Of a stretch of DNA of 49,608 nucleotides, positions 28,066 to 40,996 are shown one piece after another. The first letter of the stretch is position 1. The number at the start of each line of letters is the position of its first letter. The DNA is from Welwitschia mirabilis (lineage: Eukaryota), in contig JBOZIK010000001.1 of the NCBI GenBank assembly GCA_051453625.1, forward strand, positions 45,027,504-45,077,111. Reading direction: 5' to 3'. A model generated the notes under the pieces. The model did not search any database, was not told the DNA's origin, and was given only the letters and a program-made list of their open reading frames with translations. Both the position numbers and the translations under genes were made by a program.

Positions 28066-28876
28066 TGTAATACATTTTTATTCTCTATTCATTAACTTGG
28101 TAGGTTACCTTCTCATCAGAATCATATACCTCTATGGTTACATTTCCCAGAGTTTTTATTATGGTATAAGATTCTAGTCAATTATCTTCATATTTCTATT
28201 TTAAATGGATCTTTTTAAGGTCATATATTAGTATAGAATCTCCTATATCAAAATTAATTTTTTTAATTTTATTATCATGACATATTTTAGTTTTTATTAT
28301 ATAAGTTTTTTACACAAAAGAGCTTCTTTTCTGTTTTCATTTAAAATATTTATGTTTTCTATCTATTCATCTTGAGCTATATTCAAATTATACTTTAGAT
28401 CTTTAGCGCATTTAAAGGTCTTTATTTTAAATTCAATTGGCAAAATAGATCTTTTTCCCTAGACTAAATCATATAGTGTAAGTCTTGTGTTATGTTTCTA
28501 AGTTATTCTATAAACCCATAAAGCTTTATTTGATTTTTTAGTCCAATCTATTTTCTTATAATTTATGACTTCCGTTAATAATCTATTAATTTTTTTAATT
28601 AATCATGTAGCTTGGCCATTAGATTAAGGATGATAGGCAGTACAGAGTTTGTAATGGAATTCATGTTTACTTAAGAATTTCTTGAAAATTTCACTAGTAA
28701 AATGAGTTCCTCTGTCAGATATAAGACTTTTGAGGGACTCCAAACTAATAGATAATATTCTTAAGGGAAAAGGTAACTCTGGTTTAAAAAGAATAGTGAG
28801 ATATAGTTTCATCCTCAGCCCATTAAGTAAAATAATCAATGTAAATCAAAATATATTTTTTTTCCCATAAGAGGAA
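28066..28876 (-). pseudogene. Integrase core and GPY/F region of element Y
   Basis: KYILIYIDYFT*WAE, LISDRGTHFTSEIF, LCTAYHP*SNGQA, DWTKKSNKALWVYRIT, V*GKRSILPIEF, HDNKIKKINFDIGD. Cut at 28876 by LTR Z1. Confidence 0.85.
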
Positions 28877-30105
28877 TGTTGCAGTGCATATTTATGCAAT
28901 CATTTATGTCCTTTATCCAATCTTGTCAATTACAAATTTGTTGTAAAACATATATACTAGTATAGAGGAAGTGAACTTAAATGTTTTAATCCATTAAAGG
29001 CATATATGAGAAGAAAGAGAATTAATCTTAAGCAAAATATTTTTGTATTTTCTTTAAAGTAGAACAACAATGAAAGNNNNNNNNNNNNNNNNNNNNNNNN
29101 NNNNNNNNNNNNNNNNNNNNNNNNNNNNNNNNNNNNNNNNNNNNNNNNNNNNNNNNNNNNNNNNNNNNNNNNNNNNNNNNNNNNNNNNNNNNNNNNNNNN
29201 NNNNNNNNNNNNNNNNNNNNNNNNNNNNNNNNNNNNNNNNNNNNNNNNNNNNNNGGAAAACATGCAATATTATACTATAAAATGGAAAATACAATGCAGT
29301 GCAACTACTCTAACAGTTTCAACCTTAATAAAGGTTGCCCTTATGATCTATATCAAGTATGAAGCTATCATGAAATCATATTAAACATAAATCATAAGAA
29401 AGATGTACATAAGATAATATATAAGAAAAACAAAGTTTTGATTAAAAGCAAATCAACATTCATGTTATAAAGAAGTAGCACCTCAAGGAAAGAAACATCG
29501 TTGAACATTAAAGAAAAATTCTTTTAGTAACAACAAATGGATCTTCTATCCTTAAATCTCTTATCATGAAAATTTTTAATGCCAAAGAAGATAAAATCAG
29601 AGTAGGGAAAAGGAGGTATTTATTACAATTAAACACTCTAAAAACAACAAATTTAATAGATGTAATAAAAACCCTAATGATGCATAGGATGTGCATGACA
29701 TATTACACAAGTTAGAAGAAGTTTAATGCATTGACTAAAAATACTAATTATCCTGATTATCATTCAAACAATGGTGGAGATGATGCCATATTAAAAGAGG
29801 TTGCATAGTAGCTTTCATTATTGGTATAGTCAGCATCTTTATTAGCGTATAGGTGGTGTCATCCATACTGTCATCTGGATGATGAAGGGAACGACATGCT
29901 CTTAAAGCTCTTCCATTAAGTCAAATGGACTTTGTAGTTCATTAACTCCTCCTTAGAATGTGAAGTATTAGAATTAATCCAAAATGCCTTCAAATATGCT
30001 GGTAATTACATGTTTTCATGATTTTCTCTCTCACTCTCAATAATTATCATTTTTCACTTAAACTCAAAGTAGTCCATCAAAAACATACAATTTGACATCA
30101 CAACA
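28877..30105 (-). repeat. 3' LTR of Athila-type element Z1
   Basis: Termini tgttgcagtg...cacaaca; homologous to 30166-31258; followed by a PPT region (tagcctccaaattagcc). Confidence 0.7.
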
Positions 30106-30165
30106 TAGCCTCCAAATTAGCCTTGTCAATCTTGATAAAGTTGATGAACAACTATAATTACAAGC

Positions 30166-31258
30166 TGTTGTAGTGTGTATTTATGCAATGTTTACATCCT
30201 AATTAGAATCCTATTAACCATAAATAATATGCACAAACACAACACACTAATATAGACTGGAGTGACCTAAATATAATAATTCATTAAAGACCAAAATATA
30301 GAAATAAAAGAGTTTCTTTCAAGATGAGAAATACTATAATCTAACCTACAAAAATAACTTGTAATGCATGAAAATAAAATAAAATATACTTATGCAAGGC
30401 TAATCTAGGAAAGAAAATAACAATGCACCTAAACTAACCAAGCAAAACCTTAACACAGGTTGCCCTTATAATCTATATCAGAAGAGAAGATATCACCGAA
30501 TCTCAAGCAAAATAAACTATGAGGGAGAAAATCATTCATACATTGAAGCATAAAAAGAAATGTTTATATTAGAAATTACACCACATCTGTATTACAAAGT
30601 AGCTACATCTCAATGGAGGAAATGCTATCCAACACTAAATAAATGTCTCTCTGAAGGATGGTTCTCTAGCCCCTCGATCTCCTATCATGAGTATGTTAGG
30701 TGCAAATGAAGATGAGGAGAAATCAAGGGGGATACTTCTACTTATTAACTCAAAACATGAAATGAAATAAATAAAAAGGCATGGTTAAATCCTAACCTCC
30801 ATGCAAAAAGGAATCGGAATAAAAGTGGCAAAAGTTAGATGAACATTCAGTGCAAGCGTTACAAATAGTATCATCCAGTTGATCGTTTGGATAATAAAGA
30901 AGACAATGTCACCTCATGATCAAATCCTTATTGACTGCTAGTCAAACCTTAGTTAGCATCTAGTTAGCATGATCATCCATCATGTTGTTTGAACGATCAC
31001 ATGGACGATANNNNNNNNNNTAGCCTTCAATAAATCTTCAATTAGTGCAATAGCCTTATTATTTGCAATAAGTTATCATCTGAAATACAAATTATTTATA
31101 TTTTCTCAGAATGCTTGTAATTTATTAAGAAAATTACATATTTCCATCCTTTTAATCCCAGTTTTTAATTATCATGAAAACCAAGCATTTACCTATTAAT
31201 TTACCTGCAAAACAACTCAGAATACCTTATCAAATATACATAAGTTGGCGGTGCAACA
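30166..31258 (-). repeat. 3' LTR of Athila-type element Z2
   Basis: Termini tgttgtagtg...gtgcaaca; diverged direct repeat of the Z1 LTR; followed by a PPT. Confidence 0.75.
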
Positions 31259-31290
31259 TAGCCTCCATTTAGCCTTATTAGTCCCTGAGA
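31259..31290 (-). promoter_or_regulatory. PPT region of Z2
   Basis: Minus strand reads cagggactaataaggctaaatggaggcta|TGTTG. Confidence 0.6.
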
Positions 31291-31825
31291 AAACCCAGTA
31301 GTAAACCACATTTGCCAGCCAACTTATTAGATAATAAAAACAACTAGGATACCTAAAGAAATTATCTTAAAAATATTTAAAGAATATTTCAGAGATAGAC
31401 TGGATTTTTAAAAAATTAGAAACACTGAACAGAAACACTTGTGAAGCATTAGAGATTAGTTGTCTTATATGATTATCCAGATGATATAGGGGACAATTAG
31501 CTCTGCAAAGGGTTTTCAAAACTATAACCTACAATAGAAATTGATTTTTTTAGATAATTAATTAATCATGATAAATAGACCTCCACTGTGATAAACGTCA
31601 AATATAAAGATTTGCCCTAAGTACAATGCAATTCTCATCATATAAATCAAAATATAATCATCTAAAAGTCAAAGAGAAATAGTACATCATATAGATAAGA
31701 AATGATATGTCTATATAATAATGAGAGCTTTTAGTAAAAAAAAAGGTGTAGAAGGGGAGATATAAAATATAATGCAAAATAACTTCCCTTATCTACGAAT
31801 AATGAACTCTAGTTCAATAACTGGC

Positions 31826-33029
31826 TTAAGAGTAGGGGGAAAAGAATGAGGATGCTCAGGATCTATGGGGAGACAAATATCAAGGGATGCTATAATAGAC
31901 CTGACTATCTCATTACCTTGGACACGCACCAACTCTATAATATCTACAGTCACACTCTACTGAATGGAGAAAATGCACTAGTACATGTCCATCATCTGAT
32001 CCTTTATGTGATGTACTCTTCTCTTGATAGATATGATCCGTTGCTTAACTCTCTACTCAAAGGTCTGAAACTTCTAATTAATAAAACCTCTAATGGTCTT
32101 GGTAGTCTCAGCCAAAAGGACCTGGATCTGCTCTAATGAAGCTCCAACTTTAGATCTCTATACCTGATGTTTCTCTTCCTTTCCTAGGACCTATATACTC
32201 ATATCTTGTAAATAGTAAGCATAAGTCTGAATATGTGAGATACATCACTTACCTAGGGGCTATGGTATCCTAAATCATCTAAATAAAGCTGAGAGGATAT
32301 GTGGATAACCAAGTGTTTGTAGATGTCATGTCTCAATGATAGATCTAAGTCTTCTCCAAGTAAAGATAGATAAATCCATGTGCTCTCTTTGACAGAAAGC
32401 TACTAGAATCTATAAATGTGTGATCATAGTATGATTGTTATGGTATGATGGACTAATGTTATAAATTAATCCTCTGTGCAAAAATTTGTATGAAGGGATC
32501 AGCTGGGTAACATTTACCCCCTGTTGATCAGTGGTCAAATCTGCTGAAATGTCTAAAATGATACCATAAGCTCGACGCTCCTTTGTCCCACCAGCTAAAT
32601 GAATATGCAAGCTCCCAAATCCTCCAAGATTTGTGATGACTGCAATGTAAGATGAAAGGATATCTATCTCATGGTCTCGAATGTATGCAACGATTATGTC
32701 ATGTAGCTAACCATGAGTGTCTAGTTGCCTCTCTATATGCATGGTGTCATACAACTCTCTCATCTCAGAAGCATAATATGCACCATGCACATCTATGATC
32801 CATCTAAGTTGTAACTCTATTAATCTCTGATCAACCTCTGGCTCTATGTAGCTCATGAAATTTGCAAAGTGTCTCTTGACACGAATTCTAGCTATCTGTA
32901 TGCTCAAAGATTGTCCATGTCGAGGTGGTAGTGTGTGGGCTCCGCATGCTATATCTCAGGCTCAACCAAAGGGCCTTCCTCCTACTCTATAGGCTTAGCT
33001 AAAGCATCTGCCTATCTAGATCTATGCAT
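31826..33029 (-). pseudogene. Athila env-like (plant transposon protein family) ORF of Z2
   Basis: ORF pieces 32707-32907 (YYASEMRELYDTM) and 32410-32610 (YKFLHRGLIYNISP) join with LGYPHILSALF and a C-terminal coiled-coil. Located between integrase and PPT. Confidence 0.75.
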
Positions 33030-35609
33030 ATGTGTCCTACTCAATCATAAACATAAACCAATCATGTGTAAATAGATAAACAAGTCGAAAATGTCACATG
33101 GATGCGTAATAACAACCCCTAAAATCAATGAAAAATTATCAAAAATACTAAAAATATGTTCTAACCCCCTCCCTTACCCCTATAAAGATGCAATGCATCC
33201 TAAATTACCTAATAGTGAGAGAAAAAATAGAGAAAAATAGAAAAAGCCCAAAAACTATGTATGTGATGGGCTGCACAAGCAGTGAAAAATTAAATTACTA
33301 AAATAAAAAATCTAATCTAGTAAATTCATAGAGCACATAGCACTGATCAATTTTGCCTAAAAGACCACTACGATTCAACTTACAGTTCACAAGAAAACGA
33401 GTGCAAAAAGTAAAAACCTAAAAATACCTTATAATACACAAAAATAATCATAACTCAAAAAATACGCAGTAAAATTCCAATCCATAAGTTCCAAAATGAA
33501 GAGCGTAAAAANNNNNNNNNNNNNNNNNNNNNNNNNNNAAAATAATATACATGAAAATAAGAGAAAAATTGAAAAATGGAAGGAGAGAGAAACATACTTC
33601 ATTTTTGTAAATCTAATGAAATTTTGCGAATTTGGCAATAAAATTGAGCAGGACAAGTCCTAAAATTCTAGTACTAGCCAAAAGGTTATCATCTTTTAAA
33701 AGAAGGAAAGAAAATGACGAGATAATAAGTGAAAATAAGGAAAAAGTGTTTGAGCTGCGGTTTTCTTACACTGTCATTCAGTCGTGTCATCCAGATGACA
33801 ACCCTAAGATGCCTGACAGAAAAATTAGGTTGTTGTCCACATAGTGTTATTTGGATGACCATATGAATGATGAAACACCAAAAATATTTTTAGAAGAAAA
33901 ACATTAGCCATGAAAGTTAGGCTCAGATAGGATTATTAAAGTGACAAGTCTGAAAAGGAAAAAGACAGAAACCCAAAAATCACATAGAAAATAATAAAAA
34001 AAAGGAAAACCAAAGGAAAAGGGATAGAAACACCCAAAAGAGAAACTATGGCTGAGGAAAATAGACTATCTAGGTTGAAAACCTATGATAAAGACTAAAT
34101 AAATGTGCCCAAATAGATTATAAAAGCATGACAGACTTAGAACTCCATAACCTACAAGGGAACTCATGAAGATTGTGGAAAAGATGGACTTTAAAATATT
34201 TTTTATGAAAATGCATTTTAAGAAAGACATTTTATCAAGATTGAACAACAAAAAAANNNNNNNNNNNNNNNNNNNNNNNNNNNNNNNNNNNNNNNNNNNN
34301 NNNNNNNNNNNNNNNNNNNNNNNNNNNNNNNNNNNNNNNNNNNNNNNNNNNNNNNNNNNNNNNNNNNNNNNNNNNNNNNNNNNNNNNNNNNNNNNNNNNN
34401 NNNNNNNNNNNNNNNNNNNNNNNNNNNNNNNNNNNNNNNNNNNNNNNNNNNNNNNNNNNNNNNNNNNNNNNNNNNNNNNNNNNNNNNNNNNNNNNNNNNN
34501 NNNNNNNNNNNNNNNNNNNNNNNNNNNNNNNNNNNNNNNNNNNNNNNNNNNNNNNNNNNNNNNNNNNNNNNNNNNNNNNNNNNNNNNNNNNNNNNNNNNN
34601 NNNNNNNNNNNNNNNNNNNNNNNNNNNNNNNNNNNNNNNNNNNNNNNNNNNNNNNNNNNNNNNNNNNNNNATAAGGAATAAGGAGAAGATTGTTTACCTA
34701 TCCTAAGGACTAATTTAGCAAACTCCTAAGAAAAACATCATAACATCACCTAAGTAAATATGCATGATAAAATGTATCAACTCCATAAAGTTCATTCAAA
34801 AAGACAGTGGTTATGGTGATATCCAAAGCTTCAAGTATGTAGAATAATGAATGTCAAAACCAAAAGTTACTTAGAGATGAACTCACCTACTTCCACCCCA
34901 CAAACTCACTAAAATCTCCCAAAGTAAAATGATCAAGTGGGAATACTAAGAGTCTAAGAAATAAGCAATTCTTTAATGATACCAGGAACACATTGATCTT
35001 TAACCTCAAAGTGTTTATTTCTTTTGTCATAATAAGGGGAGTGCAACCAATGTTAGAGGAGTAAGGACCTATGAAGTGTGACCAACTGACCCCCCAGTGG
35101 AGTTCCCATAGCTACCAACACTGCCAAACAATCCTCTTGAAAATATTTATCCAAGTGTGATAGGACATCATGGTGACCATGTATTTTTCATTAAAGCACA
35201 AAATACAATAACTTATTGTCATTATTTTTCTTCCTCTATTTTTTTCCTTTTTTCCTTTTTTAAAATAAAATTCCCACATGATCATACAATTAGAAAAAGA
35301 CAAAGGTGAACAAGTGATATAAAAGATAGAAAAAAACACTTCCAAATAACTTAATATTTAAACATCATTTAAAAAAACACAAGAAGCTAAGGAATCTTCC
35401 TTTAAATAAAGCCCATCGACATGGGAATGTCTCAAGATTAGGTGAATCCAATCTTACCACCTATAAATACCTAAGTATAAAACTAGTCATAATACTTCAC
35501 AAAGTAATACAAAAGTTAAGTTTGAAAGATGATTAGGTAATATTATAATATTCAACCAAAGGAAAAAAAGAACTTAGACAATGATAGGAAGGAAATCCTC
35601 CTCACTGAG

Positions 35610-35789
35610 GGAAAAACCTCTAAAATAAGTGCTTCTACCATGTTTACAATTGCATCTAAAGATTCCTCATATAATTTCAACTGTTGCTCATTAACCTTCT
35701 GAATCTCTTTATTTTCCAAATCTAAAATTTCAACTGAGCCATTAAAATGCACTTTCTTTACAAGATAAAGACCTAACCATTTAGAGGTA
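35610..35789 (-). pseudogene. Integrase C-terminus (GPY/F module) of Z2
   Basis: TSKWLGLYLVKKVHFNGSVEI...KVNEQQLKLY matches Athila 'SRWSGPF.V..V...GAVE...KVNGQRLK.Y'. Confidence 0.85.
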
Positions 35790-36335
35790 NNNNNNNNNNN
35801 NNNNNNNNNNNNNNNNNNNNNNNNNNNNNNNNNNNNNNNNNNNNNNNNNNNNNNNNNNNNNNNNNNNNNNNNNNNNNNNNNNNNNNNNNNNNNNNNNNNN
35901 NNNNNNNNNNNNNNNNNNNNNNNNNNNNNNNNNNNNNNNNNNNNNNNNNNNNNNNNNNNNNNNNNNNNNNNNNNNNNNNNNNNNNNNNNNNNNNNNNNNN
36001 NNNNNNNNNNNNNNNNNNNNNNNNNNNNNNNNNNNNNNNNNNNNNNNNNNNNNNNNNNNNNNNNNNNNNNNNNNNNNNNNNNNNNNNNNNNNNNNNNNNN
36101 NNNNNNNNNNNNNNNNNNNNNNNNNNNNNNNNNNNNNNNNNNNNNNNNNNNNNNNNNNNNNNNNNNNNNNNNNNNNNNNNNNNNNNNNNNNNNNNNNNNN
36201 NNNNNNNNNNNNNNNNNNNNNNNNNNNNNNNNNNNNNNNNNNNNNNNNNNNNNNNNNNNNNNNNNNNNNNNNNNNNNNNNNNNNNNNNNTTTTGAAATCA
36301 CTTAATAGTTTGCCATCAATGTCAAAGGAGGAGAT

Positions 36336-37667
36336 TGTTAGATTATATTTGTCAATTGATGTTAAAATAATTTCTCTTGTGTAGTGCAAATTATTACATA
36401 TTGTGTGCAGATGAGATTAAGTTATGCAAGCAAAAGATTTAAACCAAAATGCAATAGAGAAAATACTTAGTTATGTTTACCTCTAAAGAAGGTCGACCAA
36501 ATTCTAAAGTAGTTGACCGCACCTGAAGCAGTCACAAAGAAATGAACTAAACCCAGAGGGGTTGACTAGATTATAAAGGGATCGACCGACCTGTGATCTC
36601 AAGATCTAATAGTTCCAGATCAAAAAAAAAGTAGTCAACCAGATATTCATGGGTTTGACTGGATTTAAGGAACTGACAGTTAATAGTCCCAGACTAAGAG
36701 GAGAGTGGTCGACTAGATTTTCATGGGGTCAACCAGACCTGAGCAGTCCATAGTTTTAGACTGAGAGACAAGGGATCGACCAGATCTAGGATGGGATAAA
36801 CCGAGTCCTCATGGGTTTGACCAGATTTTTATGGGGTCGACTAGATGGTGTGAAAAAGAAAAAGTTGTAAATGTTATGTATCCATTACTTAGCTGTTACC
36901 TAGTCGTTTTCTAGCCATTTATAACTATTAGAGATACAATTCATTTGTAATAAACCCTAGTAACCCTCCATTATAAATAGCTAAATGAGAGATGACCTAG
37001 ATATCATTTTGACACTATTCTAAATTGGGATATTCATTGTAGATCTGGAAGATCAAGTTGTATTATTATTAGCATGTCATTGTATTGCTTCATATCTAAT
37101 TAAGGAGATCTATCTTTGATGAAAAGAACTACACTCAGAATCAAATCTAAGGGCTTCATCATTGTATTCTATTGAAGAAGAGATCCACTCACTGTACTGA
37201 TAATAAATGTGTGATATCTGAGCTACCAAGGCTACATTACATCATATCTATTGATTCCAGAGGTTGAGACTTAGTTTGTAAAAGTCTGTTATTAAAGGTT
37301 GAGACTTAGCCTACAAAAGTTTAGTGTTAAGATTGAGACTTAGCCTGTACAATTTTGCCTATAAGGGTTATATGTAAACTTAACAAAACCTATAGAGTAA
37401 TAAAGATCTGAGATCAAGCTTGGAAAAAGCTGGTCATCGAGAGTGGAGTAGAGGAGTTTTCAAACCACTATAAATCCTGCATGCATCTAAATTGATAGTT
37501 TATGATTTTGTGTCTTTTGATTTATTACATTTAATTTTTCATTTCTTATATGTTAATTCTTAATTTCATTATATGTAAGCAATGATTAGATTACCTAAAT
37601 GTATTTTTGAGTCTAAGTTTTTAAAAGAATCTATTCACCTCCTCCTCTAGGGCTGTCAATCCTATTA
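36336..37667 (+). repeat. Sirevirus left LTR
   Basis: Direct repeat of 43008-44499; contains gtcgac-type repeats and TATA cattataaatag (~36969-36980). Confidence 0.9.
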
Positions 37668-37669
37668 TT

Positions 37670-37681
37670 TGGTATCAGATC
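37670..37681 (+). promoter_or_regulatory. PBS, initiator tRNA-Met type
   Basis: tggtatcagatc versus canonical tggtatcagagc, 2 nt after the LTR. Confidence 0.88.
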
Positions 37682-37733
37682 TTTGGTTAGTCTTTGAGAG
37701 ATTTTTACAGATCTAGACTTAAGAACCCTAAAA

Positions 37734-39230
37734 ATAAGTAACCCAACTGATGGATTTTCAACTGGTCATCTACTCATATTCGATGGTTTAAACTATGCCT
37801 ATTGGAAAGTTAGGATGAGAATTTTTCTTAGATATCTAGATGATAATGTAGAAGAAGTCATATACAAAGGTTATACTATGCCTATGATAACCCAGATAGA
37901 TGTAAATGTAATATTATATTGATTTCCAAATCCAGAGATTAATGGACTCCTACAGATAAAACAAAAGCCACCATAGATGTCTGTGCTCTCAATGCTATTT
38001 TTTGTGTAGTATGTGCAGATAAATTTAAAAGAATTGTGAATTGTAGCCATGCAAAAGAAGCTTGGAATATTTTAGAAGTTACACATAAAGGAACATCCAC
38101 TATTAAATAAGTAAAACTGCAAATGCTTATTTCTAGATTTGAAGATATTCATATGGATGATGAAGAAACCTTACAGGAACTTTTTGCTACGCTTACAGAT
38201 ATAGTAAACTTAATGAGAAGCCTCAGAAAATACATGGTAGAAAGCAAGGTAGTAAGGAAAGTATTGAGATACCTATCCAAGAGATTTAAACTAAAGGTAA
38301 CAGCCATTGAAAAAAGCAAAAACATCAGTGCAATGGCATTGGAATAATTTCAAAGTAATCTTCAAACCTATAAACTTAAATTTACTAAAAATAGAAGAAA
38401 AAGTATTGCTTTGAAATGTGTACAGAAGGATTACATATCTGACAGATCCGATGAAGGACTTGATTATGATAAAGTGGCTCTTCTAGCCAGGCATTTGAAA
38501 AGATTTCTCTACAGGAAAAATGAAGGATAATCAAGCAGGAATCCAAGGAGAAGCAATCCAAAACAAAGAAAAAAACAAGATAAGGGAAAGAAAATCTAAT
38601 GCTACTCAAGCAAAAGATTTGGACATATGGCCAATGAATGTCCCAATACTAAAAGAGAAAGAAAGAAGCCTAAAACACCTCATTCATGGAAACTTGGAAT
38701 AATGAAGATGATGAAGACAAAGAGAACTACTCAGATCATAGATCAGATAGAGAAAAGAGTTTATCTTTCATGGTCATAGTATCATCACTCAAGAATGTAC
38801 CTAGTACTTTAATATCAGATGACTTAGATATGATTGATGAAGAGGAAGATGAGTTAAAAGAAACCTATCAAGAGTTGTATGAAGAATATAAAAAACTTGC
38901 CAAGAAAATTAATGAGTTAAACAAAATGGTAAAGAGCATTACAAAAAAAAAGGAGGAAGTGGAAGAGAAGTGCAAAGTACTCAAAGCCAATAACTTAATG
39001 TTAATTACTCAGGTAAATGATCTCTCATTCTTTGTAAATAAGTTTTCTGGTAGTTCATCTAAACTAGAACAGATGCTTTGAATATGAAATCAAAATGGAG
39101 ACAAATCAAATATTGGTTTTGAAGCATAAATATCATGAAAACAAGTAAACTGAATAAGTAAATATGTGTCCAATATTTTGTGTAATTTTTTGTGGTAGAT
39201 TGATCATTTTAAACTATTTTCCAAATTTAG
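37734..39230 (+). pseudogene. Sirevirus gag pseudogene
   Basis: IFDGLNYAYWKVRMRIFL, AKEAWNILEVTH.GT, KLQMLISRFEDIHMDDEET (UBN2-type), a knuckle remnant FGHMANECPN, a coiled-coil, and a second knuckle remnant near 39181. Confidence 0.9.
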
Positions 39231-39381
39231 ATATATGATGTTTACTTTTAAATATGTGAATGCTTTATCATTTAAATTTATTCCTAAGAAGAATACATCA
39301 CCTAAGTCAAATAAGACTAAGTGGGTTAAAGATAATAATCTTTAAAGCTTTGTGACATAGATAAATTATAGAGAATTTCAT

Positions 39382-39740
39382 TTGAACAGTTGGTATCTAG
39401 ATAGCAATTGTTCAATGCATATGACAAGAGATAAATCAAGCTTTCAGAGATTGAAGAGCATAAACAGTGAAGAATTTATTTTTAGAAACAATCAAACAGC
39501 AAAAATAGAAGGTACATCAAGCATCAAAGGAGGTGTGTCATCTAATTTTAATAATGTACTTTATGTGAATGGTTTATAACACAATTTACTAAGCATTAGT
39601 CAAATTTGTGACAAAGGGCATAGAATAATCTTTGATAGATCTAAATGTATAGTTGAGAATGAGAAAATGAATGTTGTTATTTTTAGTGCAAAATGTGTTG
39701 ATAATGCTTACAGATTATATGTTAAAAGTTTTGATCAAAC
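39382..39740 (+). pseudogene. Copia aspartic protease pseudogene
   Basis: WYLDSNCSMHMTRD...NVLYVNGL*HNLLSISQICDKG. Confidence 0.9.
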
Positions 39741-40209
39741 AATTCATGCAAATCAACATTTTAAAAAATATTATGATAAAACTAAATGTCATTCTGTCAA
39801 ATTTGATGTAAACTCTAGTTCTTATAATCAATTTATCTTTAATGAAAGTAATCTGAAGTTTAATACATCATCCCTTGGCTGATTGTAGGATAGCCGACTA
39901 GATCCATGATTTGGTCGATCAGATGTGATTGATTGACCAGCCTGAAAACCTAGTTACTTGGATCCCTTCTAGTATTATAAACCTGTCTCTTGATGGGTTA
40001 TAGTATAGAAGTATAGTTAGTAGACCCAATTTCTTTCTCAAATCTACCTTATTTCCCTTAATCTATAAAATAACTATAATCTTAACTTGATTCCATCTCA
40101 ATCTAGTACCTTCAAGTCTTTAGATCTAGTGAGTTTTCTTCCAAATTAAGAAATCTGTGCAGCCAAATCTAGTGATTTTTTCAGTTTTATTTCCTTCAAA
40201 AATCTTAGA

Positions 40210-40726
40210 ATGACAGCTAACTCTTCCAAGAGAGGTTCAAAAGAAGGTGCTTCAAGGAAACCTCCCTACTTCTACCAGGGAATATCTGAAGAAGCCATGG
40301 ACAAGTTCTCTGAAAAGTTTTATAAGAAAGTTGTGTGTCAGGAGTGTTCAGTAGCCACATCTGAGCTTAGAAAACTAAGACATTTCATTTAGCTCTTGAG
40401 ATATTAAGATCTGAACCATTTCTTAGATGTTTCAGGTCTTGCATATCCTTTTCTTACTAGAATGTTTTATTGTAATGGTTCTTTTAATCGTAATACCAAG
40501 ACTCTAGAAATCCTAGTTTTGGGTAGAAGAATAAGAGTAACAGTAGGCCTCATTTCAGAGCTGACCAATCTTACACGGGGAGATTATGAGGAGTTTTAGC
40601 CTTTAAGAGACACCATGGAAGACAAGCCAGTAGTCACTAGGGAGATTTGTGATAAAGTGCATACTTGGAAACACATCATATCTACTTCTCTGTTGACTCC
40701 CAAATATTGCTTTATTCATTTGATCT
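40210..40726 (+). pseudogene. Sirevirus env-like ORF, copy 1 (cut by gap)
   Basis: MTANSSKRGSKEG...; homologous to 40997-41620. Confidence 0.75.
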
Positions 40727-40996
40727 NNNNNNNNNNNNNNNNNNNNNNNNNNNNNNNNNNNNNNNNNNNNNNNNNNNNNNNNNNNNNNNNNNNNNNNNNN
40801 NNNNNNNNNNNNNNNNNNNNNNNNNNAATCCTCCTTTTTCCCTCAATTTATAAAAGAACTAGAACCCTAACTGGATTCCATCTTAATCTAGTACCTTTAA
40901 GTCTTTATATCTAGTGAGTTTTCTTCTAGATTAAGAGATCTTTGTAGCCAAATCTAGTGATTTTCTTAGTCTTCTTTCCTTCAAAAATCTTAGAAT

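Larger units (their letters stand above)
20743..28876 (-). mobile_element. Element Y: non-chromovirus Ty3/Gypsy, 3' part (integrase, accessory ORFs, 3' LTR)
   Basis: Integrase at 28066-28876, ~6.2 kb 3' region with decayed ORFs, a PPT-region motif at ~21786-21838 and an LTR with tgatg...catca termini. Confidence 0.6.

Noticed and set aside
31846..32136. 96-aa plus-strand ORF as an independent gene
   Set aside because: It is the shadow of the minus-strand env-like ORF and has no recognisable motif.
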